Assembly: GCA_003153935.1 (NCBI GenBank) | Contig: PMCA01000027.1 | Location: 9,405-73,404, forward strand | From: Elusimicrobiota bacterium | GTDB lineage: Bacteria > CAYTYR01 > UBA6262 | Length of the DNA stretch: 64,000 nucleotides | Direction of reading: 5' to 3' | Part shown: piece after piece, positions 28,901 to 37,549 of the stretch | Layout: every line of letters starts with the position of its first letter | How positions within the stretch are numbered: the stretch's first letter is position 1 | Position numbers and translations under genes: made by a program | The notes under the pieces: model-generated | The model's input: only the letters and a program-made list of their open reading frames with translations | Databases searched by the model: none | Told to the model about the DNA's origin: nothing

Positions 28901-29874
28901 GGTTTGTCGGCGATATCATCCCAGAACTCATAATCATCGGTAGTTACCCCATGGTACTGGTGCGTATAGCCGTGCAGGATGAACGTACCGCCCATCTGCG
29001 GTATCTTGCGCAGGACCGCCAGCAATTCCGGCATTTCCTCCAGGTGATATTCGAGCTTATTGACAGGATCGATAAAAACCGGGGTCAACCCCACGGCAAA
29101 AGGAATATTCTCCCCTTTCAGGTATTTAACGATCCTCCATAAAGAATCGGGGTCAGTGGTGGGATTAACGTCCTCGATCCTGACCAGAGCGGTATGTTTT
29201 ACCGGGTGGTCTTCACCGAGGATATCGTGCAGAACATCGGCAAAAGCGATATAGCGGTCGTTTTCGGAATAATACGAGAACGGCGAATCAGCGATAAACC
29301 AGAGGTTCCGGGTTTTAAGTATATAGGGCGCGCTGAGTCCCCGGTCGTTATGCACGCTGGCGACCACGGTAACGAGTCCCGGATCGTCTATCCGCACAAT
29401 ATTGATATTGTCGTCCCCTTTGGGGAACTCGGTTCCTTTATAGATAACCCGGTTGAAGCCCAGGTCTTCCCGGTACTGCTCGAAATGGAAACCGAACCGG
29501 CCGGCGAGTTGTTTCTGGTCCAGTTGGCCCAGCTGGTTATTCATCCAGCAGAAAGTTTTCTGGGTATTAAAAAAGTCCTGTACGAAACTTTCCGGTAAGG
29601 AATATTTTTTTTCATAGTTTATATAAAAAATAACGTCATTCTTATCCATGGTCCCCGGCTTATAGTAGGCCAGGTTCATCAAACGGCAAGAGACTTGAAA
29701 ATGCCCCATTAAATTTGCCAGGTACCGGGCGTCGGTTAAAGCCGGCTCGGATTTATCCACCCCTTGATCATAGAGTATCAGGACCTTGCGGCTGGACGCC
29801 GCCTGTAGCATCCCCCCGCGTAAAAAAACAAATAATAACACTATAATTATTCTGCTAAATCTTTTTCTCATCAT
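25933..29874 (-). CDS. Large multidomain EPS-modifying protein: signal peptide, DUF2334-like polysaccharide deacetylase domain, GATase1-like middle domain, glycoside-hydrolase-like TIM-barrel and C-terminal TM anchor
   Basis: The start is reassigned to the Met beginning MMRKRFSRIIIVLLFVFL (a signal peptide) so that it does not overlap the cstA stop. It carries deacetylase-like motifs (FILHGYTHQY, VWETPHY) and a hydrolase-like segment (YAGGWHFYS...ILVYCWLEPP...WDGVNLSELYFE). It ends in the TM segment VVLFSLIFIFGFFTSVTFIALFLAI. Confidence 0.6.
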   Translation of the reverse strand: MMRKRFSRIIIVLLFVFLRGGMLQAASSRKVLILYDQGVDKSEPALTDARYLANLMGHFQVSCRLMNLAYYKPGTMDKNDVIFYINYEKKYSLPESFVQDFFNTQKTFCWMNNQLGQLDQKQLAGRFGFHFEQYREDLGFNRVIYKGTEFPKGDDNINIVRIDDPGLVTVVASVHNDRGLSAPYILKTRNLWFIADSPFSYYSENDRYIAFADVLHDILGEDHPVKHTALVRIEDVNPTTDPDSLWRIVKYLKGENIPFAVGLTPVFIDPVNKLEYHLEEMPELLAVLRKIPQMGGTFILHGYTHQYHGVTTDDYEFWDDIADKPVRGDSYDNAALRIEKGLRECFSNDIYPLVWETPHYFASDNAYHAIKKYFSLVYERRRVRNFLGTDQFFPYRVTDIFGQETIPENLGYVHLDKPDAQEIIDAARLNLSVRDGFASFFFHPIIDISYLRQIVKGVRKLGYVFGDIKEFSPEVRAKDKAIVSQTTDVSVLSNDKYLAIKTFNLQGQEVSQQILVNTAGQQNTVPVKCGPGEYVVVKPQENLEPGFWKKMWHLAKTDLSYLRRISAKKSGGKLNEVMDVAFIDPPVPPVSREENNDLKSLKFSLSVAGIKFQDLNSKDILNLDLRDYDLIILPYAAAKNLKAEEIKHLLEAISSGADLVTDGATKVGDALGIELQEESILVKQIRDNQFPDLPLYWSKTAGVKPIYKSADKDYQIISAEESSNLPVAVGGRLGKGGFLYYATYFDPDSDRGYSRFPFLAETLTSVFNYPLLAERKAAEMYFDPGMRQFISIEKLAVLWRKYGVQKIYAGGWHFYSKYSYDYARLLKVCHQNGILVYCWLEPPMVNQRFWDQHPEWREKTAKLKDGKVSWRNLMNLADEHCRQKAFSEISALLTRYDWDGVNLSELYFESAGGPAYPENFTPMNETVRKEFTGIYGFDPLQIFDPQSAHYWQNHPEDWGKLARYRRDLSFRLKTYYLDMLSGIQQKKKDFEIVMTAIDTSQAPQLEDYLGESTDNLISLQKKYDLTLQVEDSLPFWSGKPDRYLTLGNYYRKFIKADDQLALDCNILDNHKKGEGGLPAEKPTGEEIRQIAYNMDLTKSRPVFYSEATIYENDYRNISSVLARDVNIKAESDTQWKINTPYMVTIRSGRQGLITKLDDDNWFAGEGEEVVVPAGEHTLKFEAEPRYFDMASMKPRLSYISGELKWANFSNNAIEFSYSAERSACYAIINKIPARIYVDDNRANCQIYEGDTGYSVRLPRGTHVVKIVVAGGLARLVETSGVVLFSLIFIFGFFTSVTFIALFLAIQIKRKWWP

Positions 29875-29875
29875 T

Positions 29876-31846
29876 CTACGAAACCTCTCCGGGGTTTTCG
29901 GGATTCTGGTCATCTTCAGCAGCGATGATCCCGTCGGCGCATAGGATCGTTTTACGGTCTTTGCGTGAAGCTGCCAGGTAGATATACCATTTATAGACCA
30001 TGTCCAGCAGTACCACAATTGCCAGGATGGCCATCAAATACACCAGGACTATATCTATCCGGTAAGAAAGTATCTCAGCCGGAACCGTTGCCGTAGTGAG
30101 TTTGGCTTTGAACATGTCGATCAACTGCCAGGAAGCGGTGAAAGTGGTAACGAACATAAATAACATCGGGATGAAAGTCGTCCAGGCGTACTGGACCTTG
30201 TTCTGCTTGATTATGACCGTAGTTCCCACTCCCAGGGCAATGGCCGCTAATAACTGGTTGGAAACGCCGAACATCGGCCAGATGGTCGAGATATTTCCGG
30301 AATTAATGAGATAGCCCCAAGCCCCCACTACCAAAAAACTCATTAGGAGTGTGCCCGGTAACCACGATGGCCGGGCCAGCGGTTTATAGACATACCCGCC
30401 GAATTCCTGCAACAGGAAACGCGCCACCCGGGTGCCGGCATCCACCGTCGTCAGGATAAACAACGCTTCGAACATCAGGGCGAAATTATACCAGTATGGC
30501 ATCAACCCTTTCATGCCCGGCAGATTGCCCAGGATGGAAGCCATGCCCACCGCCAGTGAGACCGCGCCGCCGGGACGGCCCGCCACATCCACTCCGACCA
30601 TGGCGGATAATTCATGTATTCTATGCACCGGGAAACCCATTATGGCTAACTGGTCGAAAGTTAATTTGGTGTTGATGGCGAAATAATCGCCGGGTATCAG
30701 GATCGTCGCGGCGATCAGGGCAATGATCCCCACGAATCCCTCCGTCAGCATCGCGCCAAAACCGATCAGCTTTATATCCCCCTCGGAAGAGATCATTTTC
30801 GGGGTGGTGCCACTGGAGATCAACGAATGGAAACCGGAGATCGCGCCGCAAGCGATGGTTATGAACATGAACGGGAATAGTTTACCGGGTATGATCGGAC
30901 CGCCGCCGTTCACGAACTGGGTGACGGGCGGCATTTTTAAGTTAGGCGCGATGACGATCACGCCCAGGGCAAGCAACATCACTGTGCCTATTTTCATGTA
31001 AGTTGAGAGATAGTCACGCGGACAGAGCAGCAACCAGACCGGCAGTACCGAAGCGATAAAGCCGTAGATGGCCATGGCCAGAACGAGGCCGCCGCGGGAA
31101 AGATTGAAGAACGGTTCCAGCGCCGAGCCGGGAATGAAATGTCCACCAATCACTCCCGCCAGGAGCAGCAGCACACCGATAATGGACATCTCCACTACTT
31201 TGCCGGGGCGGATCTTATAAAGATAAAATCCCATAAGCAGCGCGATCGGTATGGAAACAGCGATGGTAAAGGTACCCCAGGGGCTATGCGTGAGCGCATT
31301 AACTACCGCCAGTCCCAAACCGGCCAGAGCCACAATGATGATGAACAGGATGGCGATTGATGCCGCCACTCCGCCTACCGGGCCGATCGCTTCCTTGGCG
31401 ATCTGGGCGAGCGAACGGCCGTTGCGCCTGACCGATGCGGCCAATATGACCACATCATGCACAGAGCCCGCCAGGGCGGCGCCGATCAGGATCCAGAGAA
31501 ACCCGGGCAGGTAGCCGAACTGCGCCGCCAGCATCGGGCCGATCAGGGGGCCGGCGCCGGCGATCGCCGCGAAATGATGTCCGAACAGTACCCAGCGGTT
31601 GGTCGGGTCATAATCACGGCCGTCTTTAAGACGGTGCGCCGGAGTCACGCGGCGGGCATCCAGGCTCAGTACCTTGGCGGCTATGAACGCGCCGTAGAAA
31701 CGGTAAGTGATGACGTAAACGCAGGCGGCGGCAACGACTACCCATAAAGCATTGACCTGCTCACCAGGATTAACTATGCCGGTAACGATGGCTATGGCCC
31801 AGGCAGCTATTAAAGATATACCAAACCAGATTATTTTCTTGGTCAT
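29876..31846 (-). CDS. cstA: Carbon starvation protein A (peptide/pyruvate transporter family)
   Basis: 656 aa polytopic protein; N-terminal signature NALWVVVAAACVYVITYRFYGAFIAAKVL...GHHFAAIAGAGPLIGP. Confidence 0.9.
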   Translation of the reverse strand: MTKKIIWFGISLIAAWAIAIVTGIVNPGEQVNALWVVVAAACVYVITYRFYGAFIAAKVLSLDARRVTPAHRLKDGRDYDPTNRWVLFGHHFAAIAGAGPLIGPMLAAQFGYLPGFLWILIGAALAGSVHDVVILAASVRRNGRSLAQIAKEAIGPVGGVAASIAILFIIIVALAGLGLAVVNALTHSPWGTFTIAVSIPIALLMGFYLYKIRPGKVVEMSIIGVLLLLAGVIGGHFIPGSALEPFFNLSRGGLVLAMAIYGFIASVLPVWLLLCPRDYLSTYMKIGTVMLLALGVIVIAPNLKMPPVTQFVNGGGPIIPGKLFPFMFITIACGAISGFHSLISSGTTPKMISSEGDIKLIGFGAMLTEGFVGIIALIAATILIPGDYFAINTKLTFDQLAIMGFPVHRIHELSAMVGVDVAGRPGGAVSLAVGMASILGNLPGMKGLMPYWYNFALMFEALFILTTVDAGTRVARFLLQEFGGYVYKPLARPSWLPGTLLMSFLVVGAWGYLINSGNISTIWPMFGVSNQLLAAIALGVGTTVIIKQNKVQYAWTTFIPMLFMFVTTFTASWQLIDMFKAKLTTATVPAEILSYRIDIVLVYLMAILAIVVLLDMVYKWYIYLAASRKDRKTILCADGIIAAEDDQNPENPGEVS

Positions 31847-32889
31847 TTTATATTCAATCTCTTTTTAACTGCGTTAAATACGTCGCTGACGGTGATCAGT
31901 TTCATGCAGGCGAAATTATTTTTGCTACAGCGGTTCCCCCCATGTTTGCCGCACGGCCGGCACGGCAAGTCCTTCTCCACCACTATGTCCTGCTCTCCGT
32001 ACGGATAGAATCCCAGGTCAGCAGTGGTCGGCCCAAAAATAGCTACTACCGGCACCTGCTGGGCTACCGCTATATGCATGGCCCCGCTGTCGTTGGTTAT
32101 CAGTAAATTCAGCCTTTTGGTCAAGGCGGTCAATTGTTTTAAGGTGGTCTGGCCCGCCAGGTTTATAACACTTTCATTCATGCCGGCGGTCACTCTGGCA
32201 GCGGCTTCCTTATCAGCAGCGCCGCCGATAATAATGATCTTGGCGTTCAATTCTTTGATCAGGCGGTCGGCTACGGCCGCGAATTTTTCCGCCGGATAAC
32301 GTTTGGTCGGCCAGACGCTGCCGGGATTCAACCCGATGACCAGGTCCGTGGCGTAAATCTGGAATTTTCCCAGCATGCCCAGGGTGTAATTAATAGCCGG
32401 CCGGCCGGGATTCAGGTAAAATTCCACCTGGCGGTCTTGGATACCCAACGGAGACAGCAGGTCCAGGTTCCGGTCTATTTCATGTATATGAGGACCGCGA
32501 CGGTAAGATACTTTCCTGGTCAGCAGCACATTACCCTCGCTTTTATTAAAACCGATGCGCACCGGTATCTGGGCCAGAAAGGCCAGCAAAGAACTTTTGA
32601 ACGAGCGGTGCGGCAGGATAGCGACGTCGAAGTGGCGCGCCTTTACTTTCCGTACCAAATGTCCAAGGGCGCCCCAGGACCGCTCTTTATCTTTTTTGTC
32701 GAAAATTATTATCTCATCGATGGCCGGGTTATCCGACAATATTTCTTTCACCTGGGGAGTCACTAATACGGCCAGATGGCTTTTAGGCAAGGTCCGCCGC
32801 AACGCCATGATCAACGGAATGGTTAACACTACGTCACCCAGGAATGCGGTCTGAATAATTAAAATTCGATCGTTTTTTAGGTTTTTCAT
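31843..32889 (-). CDS. ADP-heptose--LPS heptosyltransferase (GT9)
   Basis: 348 aa; RILIIQTAFLGDVVLTIPL N-terminal GT9 signature; C-terminal TNDSGAMHIA motif. Confidence 0.8.
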   Translation of the reverse strand: MKNLKNDRILIIQTAFLGDVVLTIPLIMALRRTLPKSHLAVLVTPQVKEILSDNPAIDEIIIFDKKDKERSWGALGHLVRKVKARHFDVAILPHRSFKSSLLAFLAQIPVRIGFNKSEGNVLLTRKVSYRRGPHIHEIDRNLDLLSPLGIQDRQVEFYLNPGRPAINYTLGMLGKFQIYATDLVIGLNPGSVWPTKRYPAEKFAAVADRLIKELNAKIIIIGGAADKEAAARVTAGMNESVINLAGQTTLKQLTALTKRLNLLITNDSGAMHIAVAQQVPVVAIFGPTTADLGFYPYGEQDIVVEKDLPCRPCGKHGGNRCSKNNFACMKLITVSDVFNAVKKRLNIK

Positions 32890-33929
32890 CAGATCCTGAT
32901 TCCCAATTCCGTCAGTTGTTTATATATTACGTTAAAAACCATTTCCGGTTTTATGCTGGCCAGGCAGAGCTGGTCACCGCGTTTGCAGTGATCATCGCCA
33001 TGCAGGCTGCACGGCCGGCAGGGCAAATTATAGTCTAGGACCCTATCTCTTTCCCGGGCCAGGATGAACCCAAACTCCGGTACCGTTGGGCCAATGAGTA
33101 CCAGCACCGGAACATCCAGGGCTTGGGCGATATGCATCGTACCTGAATCACTGGTGATCAGCAACCGGCATTTAGCGACCAGGGCGAATAACTGGCGTAA
33201 AGTTGTCACCCCGGCCAGATTAACCGGTAGCACACCGTATTCGGCAACTGCATTGACGATATTCTTCGTAAATGACTGGTCCTTTTTATCTCCGAAAATA
33301 AGTAATCGAGCGTTACGCTCCCGGAACATTTTTAAGAATTCAAGCCAATTACTGAAGGGCCAGATCTTAGTTTGCCATTTGGCTCCCGGATTTATGCCTA
33401 TCAAGTGATCTTCATCTAAATAGCCTTTAGTTTTGAGCAATTCTTCCGCCCACTGAACTTCTTCCGGTTTCAGGTAAAGCCTGGGTTGCCGGTCAAATTC
33501 CGCTGGGCTGAACCGCGACAATGGTTCCAGGTACCTTTCAATGACCGTGCGATTCAGCGGCGCAGTTCGTTTCTTGAAATAAACCAAACGATACCGGGCC
33601 AGGGAATCTTTCTTATACCGGAGAACCTGTATACCTAACAACCAGCTCAAAATATGGCTGCGCAGATTCCCGTGTAAGTCCAGGCACAGGTCGTATTTTT
33701 TTTCGCGTAAACGCCGGGCCAGGAAGAACAGGCTTTCCCCCTCCCCCAGTGAAACTATTTCATCCACCTGCGGATTATTATAAAATACGTCGATATATTG
33801 GCTCTTGGTCAAGACCGTTAGCCTGGCTTCCGGCCACAGCTTCTTTAACGCAGTGAACACGGGGGTAGTCAGGATAACGTCACCCAGCGAACTTAGGCGT
33901 ATTACCAGGATATTACGCGGTTTTATCAT
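32889..33929 (-). CDS. ADP-heptose--LPS heptosyltransferase (GT9), second paralog
   Basis: 346 aa; NILVIRLSSLGDVILTTPV and ITSDSGTMHIA motifs. Confidence 0.8.
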   Translation of the reverse strand: MIKPRNILVIRLSSLGDVILTTPVFTALKKLWPEARLTVLTKSQYIDVFYNNPQVDEIVSLGEGESLFFLARRLREKKYDLCLDLHGNLRSHILSWLLGIQVLRYKKDSLARYRLVYFKKRTAPLNRTVIERYLEPLSRFSPAEFDRQPRLYLKPEEVQWAEELLKTKGYLDEDHLIGINPGAKWQTKIWPFSNWLEFLKMFRERNARLLIFGDKKDQSFTKNIVNAVAEYGVLPVNLAGVTTLRQLFALVAKCRLLITSDSGTMHIAQALDVPVLVLIGPTVPEFGFILARERDRVLDYNLPCRPCSLHGDDHCKRGDQLCLASIKPEMVFNVIYKQLTELGIRI

Positions 33930-35190
33930 GGCTAAGCAATCCTTCCAGGGCCTGCATATTTTTTAGCAGCGCGCCCTGTTTTTTTCTTAAACCGGCTCTG
34001 GCGTTTTCTCCCAGCTGGCTGGCACGGACGGGATCGCGCAATAGAGAACCCAGTTGTTTTTCCAGGTCAGCGGCATCGTCAACCTGCAGGGCTGCTTTCT
34101 CAGATAGAAGAAAACTGGCGGTCTCCTTAAAATTGCTCATATAGGGCCCGAATAGCACCGGCTTGGATAAAGCCGCTGGTTCGATAATATTCTGCCCGCC
34201 GAAATTAACCAGGCTACCGCCCACAAAAACCACCGTAGAGACGCTGTAGGCCTGGGTTAGCTCGCCCATCTTATCCAGCAACAGGCAATCAAAACCCTTG
34301 GGAGAGTCCGGCAGCGTGGTTTTACGAACATATTTAATCTTATTAGCGGTTAACAATTTTTCTATTTCCGTCAGCCGTTCCAGGTGCCGAGGCGCCAGTA
34401 TCAGCTTCAAGCCGGGGAATTCTTTCTTTAAGTTGCAGAATGCCTGGATCAAAATCTCCTCTTCTCCGTACCTGGTACTGCCGGCGGTCCAGACCAGATC
34501 GGTCTCTTCCAGCCCGAACTCCCGGTAATTGCCGCAGGGTACCGGGCTATTTACTGTGCTCAGGTCGTATTTCAAGGAAGAACAGACCTGGATCCGGTCC
34601 GGGGGGACTCCCAATTCGGCAAAACGCTCGCGATCGGTCTCATCCTGCACGCAGGCGACGTTAATGTTAGTTAATACCGACCGGAACAGATTCCTGAATT
34701 TACGGTATTTGGGGAAATTACGGTCGGATAGACGGCCGTTGATGATCGCCAGCTTGACTCCCTGCTGTGCCGCGGTAGCTATCAGATTTGGCCATAACTC
34801 AGTTTCCACCAAAGCCAATACTTGTGGGCGCAGGGACTTTATAAACCTGTTCACCACGCCGGGCGCGTCGAGGGGCGCCAGGAGCACCGTAGCCTGGCCG
34901 GCCAGCTCCCGGTTGGCTGTGGCTAAACCGGTAGCGGTGATAACGGATAAAACAAATTCCTGCTCCGGCTTTTTCTGTTTAAACGCCTTGACCAACCCTG
35001 CAGCGATCCTAACTTCGCCGACGCTGGCGGCATGCATCCAGATAACCGGTAATTTGGACACCGGCAGGTTAAAACCCAGGCGCTGGCTGAATCCGACGCG
35101 CCATTTAGCGGAGAAAATTATCTTAAACAGCCAGTAAGGAGAGAGCAATACCAGCAATATGACCAGTAACAGATTATAAAGCGCCATCAA
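33913..35190 (-). CDS. waaA: 3-deoxy-D-manno-octulosonic acid (Kdo) transferase
   Basis: 425 aa; N-terminal TM; IWMHAASVGEV motif typical of KdtA/WaaA. Confidence 0.88.
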   Translation of the reverse strand: MMALYNLLLVILLVLLSPYWLFKIIFSAKWRVGFSQRLGFNLPVSKLPVIWMHAASVGEVRIAAGLVKAFKQKKPEQEFVLSVITATGLATANRELAGQATVLLAPLDAPGVVNRFIKSLRPQVLALVETELWPNLIATAAQQGVKLAIINGRLSDRNFPKYRKFRNLFRSVLTNINVACVQDETDRERFAELGVPPDRIQVCSSLKYDLSTVNSPVPCGNYREFGLEETDLVWTAGSTRYGEEEILIQAFCNLKKEFPGLKLILAPRHLERLTEIEKLLTANKIKYVRKTTLPDSPKGFDCLLLDKMGELTQAYSVSTVVFVGGSLVNFGGQNIIEPAALSKPVLFGPYMSNFKETASFLLSEKAALQVDDAADLEKQLGSLLRDPVRASQLGENARAGLRKKQGALLKNMQALEGLLSHDKTA

Positions 35191-35819
35191 CTTGACTCCA
35201 GCAATTTATCGGTTTCATCGGTAAGTATATTCAGGGCTTGTTCCAGTTCTTTCTTTTTGGCGGCGAGATCATCACCCTTACCGACGTACACAGGATTGCC
35301 GTTGGCGACGATGATATAGTTAAAAGGGAAAGGCACGACGAACTGGTCCCAGTTCTTTAGGATCTTTTTTCTTTTGGCGCTGAAAGTGAGCGGCACGATG
35401 GGAAGACCAGTTTTCTGGGCCACGTATAGTACGCCGGGTTGTACCTCTCGGTACGGGCCCTGGGGACCGTCCGGGGTAAAAGCCAAAACGTCTCCTTTTT
35501 CCACCTGGTGGATCAATTCCACCAGCGCCCGCATACCGCCCCGTGACGTGGATCCGCGCACTGACTTAAAACCGAACAGGCGGGTAATATTGGTGATAAG
35601 TTGCCCGTCCTGGCTTTGGCTTATTAAAATATTGATCTGACGATAACGATGGGAGTAAACGAGGAAGAGCTGGCGGCCGTGCCAAAAAGCGTAAATGAAG
35701 TTCTTTTTCTCTTTTTTTAGATTTTCGATAATGCCGTTATTAATAACCTTAATACGGCTGGTAAAGCCGATCAGCCAGATGAAAATATATCCGACAATGG
35801 AGACCAGCCAATTCGACAT
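35187..35819 (-). CDS. DUF374/lysophospholipid-acyltransferase-like protein associated with Kdo transferase
   Basis: 210 aa; N-terminal TM; FWHGRQ and FTPDGPQGP segments typical of the DUF374 family that is commonly encoded next to waaA. Confidence 0.6.
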   Translation of the reverse strand: MSNWLVSIVGYIFIWLIGFTSRIKVINNGIIENLKKEKKNFIYAFWHGRQLFLVYSHRYRQINILISQSQDGQLITNITRLFGFKSVRGSTSRGGMRALVELIHQVEKGDVLAFTPDGPQGPYREVQPGVLYVAQKTGLPIVPLTFSAKRKKILKNWDQFVVPFPFNYIIVANGNPVYVGKGDDLAAKKKELEQALNILTDETDKLLESS

Positions 35820-35821
35820 GG

Positions 35822-37549
35822 TTATTCCCTGAACTGGATTTCGTGCAATTTTTTATAAAGCCCGCAACGGCCCAGTAACTCCTGGTGTTTGCCGATATCG
35901 ATGATCCGGCCTTTTTCCAGTACTACTATCTTGTCGGCCTTGCGCACGGTGGAAAGCCGGTGGGCGATAATAAAGGTCGTGCGCCTGATCATCAGCATAT
36001 CCAGCGCTTCCTGCACCAGGTGCTCGCTTTCACTGTCCAGTGCGCTGGTAGCTTCGTCCAGGATCAGGATACGCGGATCACGGAGGATGGCGCGCGCCAT
36101 GGCCAGGCGTTGCCGTTCTCCGCCGCTGAGATTGACTCCGCGATCACGGATCAGGGTGTCATACCCTTTTTCCATCGCCTGGATAAAATTATGGGCGTTA
36201 GCCGCCTTAGCCGCCTTAATGATCTCTTCTTCTTTGGCTTGTGCGTTACCGTAGGCTATATTGTTGCGAACGGTATCGCTGAAAAGTATGGTTTCCTGGG
36301 TGACTATACCGATCTGGCCGCGCAGGGAAGACAGGGTAACTTCGCGTAATTCAAGCCCGTCGATGATAATACGCCCGCTGATCGGGTCGTAGAAACGCGG
36401 GATCAGGTTCACCATGGTGGTTTTGCCGCTGCCACTGGGTCCGACGATGGCAATTATCTCCCCGGCCTTTACCTTCAGGTTGATATCTACCAGTACCGGT
36501 TCGGTGTTATAGGAAAAATTCACCTTCTCAAAAGTTATTTCATTTTTGAACAGGGGTAATTCCTGAGCTCGTTCCGCTTGCACCACACTCGGCGGAGTAT
36601 CCAGTACTTTAAATATTCTTTCACTGGCGGCGACCGTCTGCTGCAAAACCGCGTTGGTCTGGGAGAAGCTTTTGATCGGGGTGTAGGAAGATAAGGCCGC
36701 GCCGACAAAGGAGAAAAAAGCGCCGGCGGTCCAAACCCCTTTGATCACTTCCAGCCCGCCGTACCAGACAATTATGGTCGAGCCTAGCACGCCGATAAAT
36801 TCCATCAACGGCGGAGAGAGCGCGATCACCCGCATGGAACGCATAATGATGCTGAAATAACTCTGGTTTTCTTTTTTGAACCGGTCTATTTCCTTGACCT
36901 GCGTGCAAAAAGCCTTGACGATCTTGATACCGGTGATAGTTTCCAGCAACAGCGAATAGATATCCGCCATTTTGGCCTGCGACTCAGTTGAAACCTTGCG
37001 TAATTTCTTGCCGAATCTTACTATCAAGAAAATAACGAACGGACTTACCCCTAAAGTGCAGAGAGCAAATTTCCAATTTAAATAAAACATCAGCCCGATC
37101 AAACCGAGAATGGTGAATCCGTCCTTGACCAGGCTGACCAGGCCGCCGGAGATCGCGTTCTGGATAATGCCGACATCATTGGTGATACGGGAAACGATAG
37201 AGCCGGTGCGCTTGTTCTCGAAGAAGTCCAGCGACAGCTTTTGGTAATGCTCATACAACTGGTTGCGCATATCCACTACCACCTTCTGCCCAATATAGGA
37301 CATCAGGTAGCCCTGGCCATAGGAGCAAATTCCTTTTAACAGAAATATCACCGGCAGAGCCAGCGAGATCCACAGCAGCATTTGCGTGTTTTTTTCGATA
37401 AAGATGCGGTCGATCACGTATTTCAGGATCCACATGGAGGATGTCGTGAATAGCGCTACCCCGATCATGAACAGCATGGCCCAGAACAGACGGCTGTAAT
37501 AAGGCCGCACGTAACCCCACAAACGCCGATAGATGTATTTATTTTCCAT
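35822..37549 (-). CDS. msbA: ABC transporter permease/ATPase, lipid A flippase MsbA-like
   Basis: 575 aa; 6-TM exporter domain plus an NBD with Walker A GPSGSGKTT, signature LSGGERQRLAMARA and Walker B ILILDEATSALD; it lies inside the lipid A cluster. Confidence 0.8.
   Translation of the reverse strand: MENKYIYRRLWGYVRPYYSRLFWAMLFMIGVALFTTSSMWILKYVIDRIFIEKNTQMLLWISLALPVIFLLKGICSYGQGYLMSYIGQKVVVDMRNQLYEHYQKLSLDFFENKRTGSIVSRITNDVGIIQNAISGGLVSLVKDGFTILGLIGLMFYLNWKFALCTLGVSPFVIFLIVRFGKKLRKVSTESQAKMADIYSLLLETITGIKIVKAFCTQVKEIDRFKKENQSYFSIIMRSMRVIALSPPLMEFIGVLGSTIIVWYGGLEVIKGVWTAGAFFSFVGAALSSYTPIKSFSQTNAVLQQTVAASERIFKVLDTPPSVVQAERAQELPLFKNEITFEKVNFSYNTEPVLVDINLKVKAGEIIAIVGPSGSGKTTMVNLIPRFYDPISGRIIIDGLELREVTLSSLRGQIGIVTQETILFSDTVRNNIAYGNAQAKEEEIIKAAKAANAHNFIQAMEKGYDTLIRDRGVNLSGGERQRLAMARAILRDPRILILDEATSALDSESEHLVQEALDMLMIRRTTFIIAHRLSTVRKADKIVVLEKGRIIDIGKHQELLGRCGLYKKLHEIQFRE

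Noticed and set aside
25933-30018. ORF-track start for the giant EPS protein at 30018, overlapping cstA by about 140 nt
   Set aside because: The upstream extension is non-hydrophobic and overlaps cstA. The Met at 29874 starts a textbook signal peptide immediately after the cstA stop.
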